64,000 nucleotides of DNA from the human T2T-CHM13v2.0 reference genome, Homo sapiens: NCBI RefSeq assembly GCF_009914755.1, contig NC_060928.1; one strand, given 5' to 3'. The notes below the pieces were generated by a model that had not been told where the DNA came from, did no database searches, and saw nothing but the letters and a program-made list of their open reading frames with translations. The stretch's first letter is position 1, and the number at the start of each line of letters is the position of its first letter. Shown here one piece after another: positions 56,500 through 64,000 of this stretch. The translations under genes were made by a program, and so were the position numbers.

Positions 56500-57250
56500 T
56501 CTTCTGTGTCAGACACTGTGTGCACATTTGCTCTCACTCTCGAAGCAACACACAAAATGTATTCTTCCTCCCAGTTTCAAATTACACAACTCCAACAACA
56601 GCTAACTAAAGATCAGAGAGGTTAAGCTACTTACCTAAAGACGAACAGTAAAGTCACACACTAGATTCATGTCCATTTTTGACAATCTCAAAGCCCTGTT
56701 TCTTTCCATTTCACCATGTTGTCCTTCCTCATCTTTTCTAAGCCCCAGTTTCACCTTTTAAATGCTCTAATACGTGCTCTGCCTACTTCATTAAGCTGTT
56801 AAGATCATTCAAGAAGAAAATATGTATTCAAAGGCCTACATTACATAGGGCTATACAACTGTGGAATATTACCATTCTCTAATGAGATTATTAAAATACA
56901 ATATTTGTAAACTTATGTGTATTAATCAATTCTATGTTGATTGTGGTCATGTTTTAAGAATAAAATCAGAACTGATTTGGAGTGAGGAAAGGAAAGTAAT
57001 GGAGAAAGAAGTCAACACTTACTGAATACTTGCTAAGTGTTAAGAATGCACCATATTTCACGTAATATAAATATTATATTATTGAGGCTAAATAATTGTC
57101 AATACAAGTCTTATGAGATCTTACTTTATTAAAAAGGGGGAGGAAATGAGGATCATATATGAAACAACATCCCTGGTCCAAGTGGCAGAGTCAGGATCCT
57201 CACCATTTTGATCAGGCGTCAAATCCTACAGTCTTTCTAAGACAGCACCT
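56500..57250. mobile_element. Cluster of MIR fragments on both strands
   Basis: 'agagaggttaagctacttacctaaag', 'aagccccagtttcacc', 'ggaaatgagg...gtggcagagtcaggat'. Confidence 0.55.
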
Positions 57251-59871
57251 GACTCATGGCAAAGTGATCGAGAAACAGAATCCCCTGGTGTTCAGGCCAG
57301 AGCTGGCCAGATGGTACAGAAGATTATAAGCACTGGCTTTCAAATGGTCTTGCCTATACAGTCATCTGAGAGGGCTTGTTGGGAATAACAAAGAAATACT
57401 ACCATTTAGATGGTTGGTGTCAGAGACCACCCAGGAGTGAGTTTAGGGATGAGCTCTGTGAAACTGCAAACTAACACTGTTCACCATTCCAATCAGTCAG
57501 CCAGGAAAATCAGTTTCCTTCTGAATTCTGTTACTGACATTAGTGACTGAACAACCTTGCACATATTACTTAGAGAACTCAAGTTCTTCACCTGTAAACC
57601 AGGGAAAGTAATAGCCAGCTCTCTAGGTCAGCAGGAGCTGAAGGTAAGTAAATGCCAGTTGCCATTCCTACTTCTCTAGGGCATACTGTATCTTAAGCTT
57701 CTTAGAGGATTTCTGAAGCGCTGTCATTTCTCTGGTAGGCCTTCAATTAACCAGCTCTACCATCGTCTTCTTGATATTTGAAATGATTATTCCTGGTGGT
57801 TTGGGAGGCCCCTGGAAATCCAAAGAACAACACTATTGAGGAGCTGCGCCACAGTATAGACAGAGACAGCCAGAGAAATAGCCATGTAGGTAATAGACAA
57901 GTAATACTCATAACAGAGAAGCCAAATGAGTAACACTGGTGTAAAGTAATAAAAACAGTATTGATAAAAAGTTCAGGCATATCGACACCTTTTAAAATCA
58001 AAGTATCCATATTTTGATGATAGTTATTTTCTTTTCTGTCTCATTCCAGTTTGTTTGCTTTATCCAATAAAAGCCTGGTAGAGATGACTCCCGGCACTTT
58101 TCAAGAGTAAGAATTTAACCCCAACTTTAACCTCACTTTTGAGCTCCTTACTCTTGTGAGTGGAAGGATGTCTGCGTGATTCCAAAGTCTAAGTCTCCTC
58201 TACACCAAAGCAGAAAGAAAATCGTATTACTTTAGAAAATGTTAAAAATATATTTCCACAGGGCTCCAGGAGTTAACTTATACTTTGAATGACCTACTTT
58301 GAATGGAGGCTTTCTTTCTAGAGGGCTTACTTAATGAAGGTCAGCCAGGAAAGCCAGCCATGGGGCCTGGTCTTTAGATTTCAGTTGCAAACAGTCGGGG
58401 AGTCCAAGCTCCAGGAAAAGAAGATTGAAAACATTTAGTCTTTTAATTTTCTGTGGGTAGGTATCCTGATTCTTTCTCCCAAAAGAATGAAAGGATCTTT
58501 AACAATTGAGTTAAGGGCTTTCTTCTTGCTCCTTTGATGCTATATATAAGGCCCAGACTTCCACTTTAGAAACACATTTTTACTTGCTGCTCAGGTCTTT
58601 CCTGATGATCATTTATGACAAGGAGATGACCATGAGATCCTCACTCAGAAGAACTGGCCTAATGAGTTTACCTGAACAGCGTGGAGAGCACCAAGGGATC
58701 TAGGCTGAGGTGTCCGTCTCCTGTGAGGAGGGGCGGCAGTGCAGAGACCTTGGGGCACTGGAAATTAGTAAGGCGGTGGGTTGAATTCTTCTCGATGCTA
58801 AGCAGTGCCCTTCAGCAGAAAACCTCCTGATAGGTCCGTTTTAGACTTGGTTTCCTGTGAAATGCAGCCACAGACCTGAGAGGTCTGACCTGAGGGCTGG
58901 CAGGACTTCCTCTTCTTAGGCTGGAGTGCAATACGTGAAGCTTTCAGAGGCTGAAATCTTCCAATGCAAAGGGTGTTTTTAAAGACACACGGTGTCCTTA
59001 TGTGGCACTTCATAGTTACCAGAACACAATAAAAGGAACTGCTGGGCAACACTCAAGCATGGAAGGTGGGTTTTGCGAGTCTCACTTTATATGAATAGTG
59101 GACATTAACTATCATCTTTTGGCTTAATTTTGCAATGGCTTCCTGAGACCATCCCAGACACATGGACCAGGTGTTAAGGAAAGAAACTGGGAACTAAAGG
59201 AGAAATGCCTGCCTCTTATTCTTGCTGTATTAATTATTAGCTATAGGATCTTGGGCACTTTGAAGTTTATTTCTCAAGTAGTTTGAGTGATAATAATATT
59301 TGTATTTTAGAAACTTTTTTTAAAAATGAGGGATAATTGAGGATTATATTTCCTTCATTGAGGAAATGATATTTCCTCAATTGTGATGGAAGGATAATAT
59401 TTATATTTTAGAAGTATTTCAATAAATAAACAAAATATTGTAAATAAAGGCATGCAGTAATGTTTGGGCACATATCAGTTGCTTAATACATTTTCTTTCG
59501 GCCTTAATCTTGGTCCATTTAAGCTGATCTTGCCGAGTGCCTGTTTCCTCTTCTGGAGACTTGACATTCTAGTTTTATATAAATTGATGTTGAATTCCAT
59601 AACAAACTCCAACATTATTTACAATAAATTCAAAGGTAGAAGTTTATATTTTCTTGGGTAAATAACTCTGGTTTTGACTTAACAGACACCCCAAGGAAAA
59701 CATGAAAATAAGCACTCTTTGAATGCTAATTGTGAGTCAGTTACATTGCTAAGCAACTTGCAAGCATTATCCTCCTTAATCTTACTAATAACCATGTAAG
59801 GAACATATGTAAAATCCCATTTTGTAATTGTGAAAACTGAAGACTAGGGAGACTCGAGTAGTTTAACCACT

Positions 59872-60760
59872 TTATTAATTAGCTTTTGCTGCATTAGGGG
59901 CTTAAAGCAGTAACCACTTTATTTAGTTCATAATTGTGTGTGTCACTTGCTCACTTCTTTTGGTCTGGACCCATATTAATTTTCTGGGGTTTTCATAACA
60001 AAGGACTGAGCCCTGAGTGGCTAACAAAACAGAAGGTCAAATTGTATTGTCTCACAGTCTGGCCTCTGGAAGTCTGAGATCAAGGAGTCGGCAAGGTTGG
60101 ATCCTCCTGAGAGCCATGAGGAGAAGATCTGTTCCAGGCCTTTATCCCCGGCTTGTGGGTGTCTTTGTATCCTTGTTTTTGTGTTTACATGGCATTCTCC
60201 CTGTGTCTTTGTCCAAATTTCCCCTTCTTATCAGGAGAGGAGTCACAGTGAATGGTGGCTCACCCTAATTACCCAATTTTAACTTGATTACCTCTTTAAA
60301 GACCCAGTCTCCATGTCAGAAGGCATTCCAAGGTAGTGGGGGGTTAGGACTTTAACAAATGAATTTTAGCTGGGACGTATTCGACCCATAACAAGACCTG
60401 ATCATCTGGTCTGTGCTAGTGGGTTGAGAGGCAGTTGGATGATCTAAGATTATCACACTCATGAATCTGTTTGTTGGCAATCATGTCAGCCAGGTGCCTC
60501 TGTTCTCCTCTGCATAGCTTCCTGTTATCTAGTGGCCAGCTAGGCCCATGTACACGGTGGGTTTGGGGCACTAAGGGCAGTGGGAGAGGGGAAACTCCAG
60601 CCTCCAGCCTTTTCCAGGCCTCTGCTTGCATCCTAGATGCCATGGTCCCATTGGCCAAAGCAAGTCACATGGCCAAGTTCAGAGTAAATGTGGGAGAAGA
60701 CTATTCAAGGGGTGAATGAAGAAAAGTGAATTATTGTGGTCTTCATTGGCAAATAATCTA
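59872..60760 (-). mobile_element. Old MLT1 (F/H-like) LTR interrupted by a younger MLT1
   Basis: 'tagcttttgctgca...ggcttaaagcagtaacc' and 'gtcccattggccaaagcaagtcacatggccaag'. Confidence 0.7.
59972..60393 (-). mobile_element. MLT1B-like MaLR solo LTR
   Basis: 'ggaagtctgagatcaagg', 'taacttgattacctctttaaagaccc', end 'cccataaca'; TSD ggacc/agacc. Confidence 0.82.
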
Positions 60761-60924
60761 AAAATGCATGTTCACATCCAATTGGTGGCTAGACTGCAAT
60801 AAGAACCCAAGTCTAATGATATGAATATTTCTGCTTTTTACTCATGAAGAATTGAAGACAATTTGGTTTAATGAGAAAGCTGATAATAGTGTAGGTGATA
60901 TTTAAAGCTTTTTTTCTTGGAATA

Positions 60925-61445
60925 TCATTCATTAATTTATTATCTATTGAATATATACCATGCATCAGCAGCTCTATTAGGTGCTGAAAAATACAATTAG
61001 ATAAGAGATATACCTACTCCTTTGATGGAGCTTACAGCCTAGAAGAGGTGAAAATAAATGAATGGACTTCAGATATATATAAAACTACAATTTGTGGTAA
61101 ATGCAATGAATAGTGCCTGATCAGACATGTATTGATTTAACAAATAGATATTTACATCCTCTACCTACTACTATCAGCCACTGGGCAAGCTGTGGGGATA
61201 TAGAGGTGAAAAAAAAAAAAAACTTGTCCCTACCTTCATGGAGTTTCGAATCTAATATAATAGAGAGGTATTGAACAAGAAATCAACCATCAAGATGATG
61301 TATTCAGAGACAGGAACAAAGAGGGCTCTGAAACAAATAGGAGGCGAATGTGTTCTACTCTGTGAATTCAGACCAGATTTCCTCTGGGGAAGTGACAAGA
61401 GATCTGAGGTGTTGACAATAGGTAGAAATTTGCTGGAGCAGAAAT
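60925..61445 (-). mobile_element. Two L2 3'-end fragments
   Basis: 'cattcattaatttatt...ggtgctg...ggagcttacagcctag' and 'gtccctaccttcatggag'. Confidence 0.65.
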
Positions 61446-61566
61446 GGAGAAAAAAGAGGAGGGAAGAGGAGAGAAGGAAGGAAGGAAGAAACAAAAGAAG
61501 GCTTCTAAGAAAGAAAGAAGCAGGAAAGGGAAGAGGAGGGAGGGGAGAAGGGAAGGAGTAAAGGAG
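61445..61566. repeat. Purine-rich low-complexity tract
   Basis: gagga/gaagg units; explains the K/R/E-rich and L/F/S-rich spurious ORFs. Confidence 0.8.
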
Positions 61567-62851
61567 GTGTCCGGGATCACATTCAAGGCCAAAGATATTG
61601 TCAATCTGGATGCCTGGGTGGGAAAAACAGCATAGCTCACTGGAGGAGCCTATACAGCGAAAGGTGGCTAGCATGGAGAGGGAGCAAGGAAGAGCGTGAC
61701 ACAGAAGCAACAAAAGAGGCTCAATCTCAGGCCAGCTGCAAATTCCAACCTGCATGTTCTTGCTTCCTGTCTCACATTCCACAGTTAGAGGGACTCCCTT
61801 GCGTTCATCTTCTCTTTGGGTGATAATTCATTTTGTGTTCATTGCTTCACGAGTTCTTGCCTCTTATCCCCCATATCCCTCTTGCATAGTTTATTGGGTT
61901 CATGGATCCTGAGTCTTAACAAGAAGTATAAATCCAGAGAAGTTTGGGTTTTGCCAACTAGGTTACAGTTATCCAGATGTATCACACAGTGGCTGCCTAG
62001 ATCTGGGCAAGGAATTTGACTGTTCTGGGAGCCATATGTAACTTGAGGATGATAATACTTACTCAGAGGAGTGGCTATTAGGATAAAATTACTTACCTCC
62101 TGCAATGGGCTAGCATGTGCCTGGCTATAATTAGCATTAGCCCGCTTGGCTTTTGTTGGGCCTGTCTCACAGTGCCACTGAAGTGTAGTATGGGACCACC
62201 AGAAATATTGAGTTGTGGGTAAGTGATTTAATAGCGGATGTGCGGTGTGTGTAGAGCTAAATCTATGTTCAAATGGGACATTTCTGAGTCAGTGCTTGAC
62301 CTAGTGATTCTGTCAAGTTTTCACTTTCTGAATAGTCTACTCAAGGCATGAAACTCTTGGGTAGATCATGTGGAAGAATTACAGGGAGAAAAAAAACAGG
62401 GGGAAAAACCCAAAGAGAACTTTTAAGGTCAATCATATTCAAGGAGGACCATGGTGCCTGGATGGCTGGGAAAGAGCTTTTCCTGGTTCTTGCATGGCCT
62501 GCTGGGAGGCTAATTTGCAAGGCTGTCAAGTTTTGGAGTTTCACTGGCTTAGGTCAAATCCCACCCAGTTACACTAATTGGATAAATGTAGATGAGTTAT
62601 ATAACCTGACTGATTCTCTCCTTTCTCCCCTTTAAAAAGAGGTATACTACTACTAACCTCTTGGCATTGTTAATGTATAAAATGATAAAATTCTCTTGCA
62701 AATACAGGCAGGTAAGAATACACAGGTGTAACACATCTGTTAACAACCTGAAATCTATTCAAAGAGAAGATGTTTAAAATTTTTTTGAGCTTCGGCTATG
62801 CATTTAGTGCACATGAAAAGAAACTGACATTTTTATCTCTGCTTTAAATAT

Positions 62852-62958
62852 CATTTTATTATTTTAACCTTTTAATTTTGAAACAATTATAGACTCACAA
62901 GAAAGAAAAAAATAGTACAGAAGAGTCCTATGTAGCACCTATCACCCAGTTTCCCCCC
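62852..62958 (-). mobile_element. L1MC-like 3' end fragment
   Basis: 'ttttgaaacaattatagactcacaagaa...atagtacaga...cacccagtttcccc'. Confidence 0.7.
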
Positions 62959-63119
62959 GAGAAACAGATTTCTTATGAATAAACATTTTGTGCAGAAACA
63001 GATTTGATTCTTAATTCACTTCCTCTTTCTAAAATTGAGGCAACGTGCTGGGGGAAAAATAAAAGATGGCAAAACCTTACCTAACCTTACCACTTTCTCA
63101 CTGTTTTTGCTATCTAAGG

Positions 63120-63439
63120 TTTCTTTTCCTTTCTTTCTTTCTTTTTTTTTTTCGGGGGCGACGAAGTCTTACTCTGTCACCCAGACTGAGTGCAGTGATG
63201 CTATCATAGGTCACTGCAGCCTTGAACTCCTGGGCTCAAGTGATTCTCCTGCATCAGCCTTCTGAGTAGTTGGGACTGCAGGCACAAGACACTGTACCAG
63301 GCTAACTTTCTTTAGTTTTGTAGAGATGGGATCTCCCTATGTTGACTAGACTGGTCTCAAACTCCTGGGCTCAAGCAATCCTCCCATTTAGGCCTCCTAA
63401 AGTGCTGGGGTTACAGGCGTGAGCCACTACACCCTGTCC
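63120..63439 (-). mobile_element. AluJ-type element
   Basis: J diagnostics 'cactgcagccttgaactcctgggctcaag', 'ccctatgttg'; decayed T-rich tail. Confidence 0.92.
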
Positions 63440-63747
63440 TTTTTTGAAATGTTTCCAACAAGACAAATTTAAATGAAGAAAGAAGTCTTTGGTTTGGGTA
63501 AACACCCTGACACTATTCGGTGTTTGGTTTCATCCCTTCAGCTGGTCGTGACTGCCAAGTTCAGGCTCCTGTCAGGCAGCTGGTCTCAGGTGGTATCAAG
63601 GCCTGGAGTAGCACCTTGCAACTTACACAAACATAGACCCTCAAAACACAAAACAGAACTATTGAACACAACCAAAGAAGGGTGTGTTGTTTGTTTTAAA
63701 AATTCCTAGTTCAGAGTGCTATCTCCTGCAATGGATCAAAACCCATG

Positions 63748-63749
<2 letters not shown>

Positions 63750-63784
<35 letters not shown>
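63750..63784. repeat. Poly(T)~35 homopolymer
   Basis: Direct reading. Confidence 0.95.
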
Positions 63785-63790
<6 letters not shown>

Positions 63791-64000
63791 TGTGTGAGTG
63801 GAAACCTGTGTTAATTAGTGCCAGCATCTCTGATTTATTACAGTTTAGCACCTGTTTACATTGGTGCCTTGGGCAGTTTGACTCCAGGCCCTTGAGAGGA
63901 GATCAGCTCACACTAATTGCTGTTCCCTCTCATCTCATAGCCTGTCTCCTTCAGGACACATGCTATGAGCCTCCCCACAATTAGCTGTGATTTCTGTTTC

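Noticed and set aside
61252-61782. Longest ORF (176 aa, hydrophobic) as a membrane protein
   Set aside because: It is the antisense reading of a purine-rich low-complexity tract plus L2 sequence
62091-62101. Strong minus-strand splice donor (GAG|GTAAGT)
   Set aside because: I could not find a convincing matching acceptor to define an exon

Overview
Primate (very probably human) euchromatic non-coding DNA, either deep intron or intergenic. It is AT-rich and CpG-depleted, with no CpG island. I find no supportable host protein-coding exon, RNA gene or processed pseudogene. The only recognisable protein remnants are broken LINE-1 ORF1/ORF2 pieces; the remaining ORFs look like chance, Alu-derived or low-complexity frames. 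Much of the window is interspersed repeats: 10 Alus (J, S and Y types), a near-full-length ancient L1M relic (~23.2-31.5 kb) carrying younger insertions, five L1PA insertions, about a dozen solo LTRs (THE1, MLT1, MER39-like, LTR16-like), DNA transposon fossils (MER3, MER5, MER94, MER46C, MADE1) and many MIR/L2 fragments. Family names come from remembered consensus sequences, not a RepeatMasker run, so subfamily calls are tentative and old-repeat edges are approximate. I see no novel gene system. The best second-look items are mechanistic fossils: two twin-primed (5'-inverted) L1s about 1 kb apart, a TSD-flanked orphan insertion inside an L1MA 3' end, an L1 with a foreign polyadenylated 3' end, templated-insertion repair scars, a closely spaced inverted AluY pair, nested transposons, and two candidate micro-exons with good splice sites.
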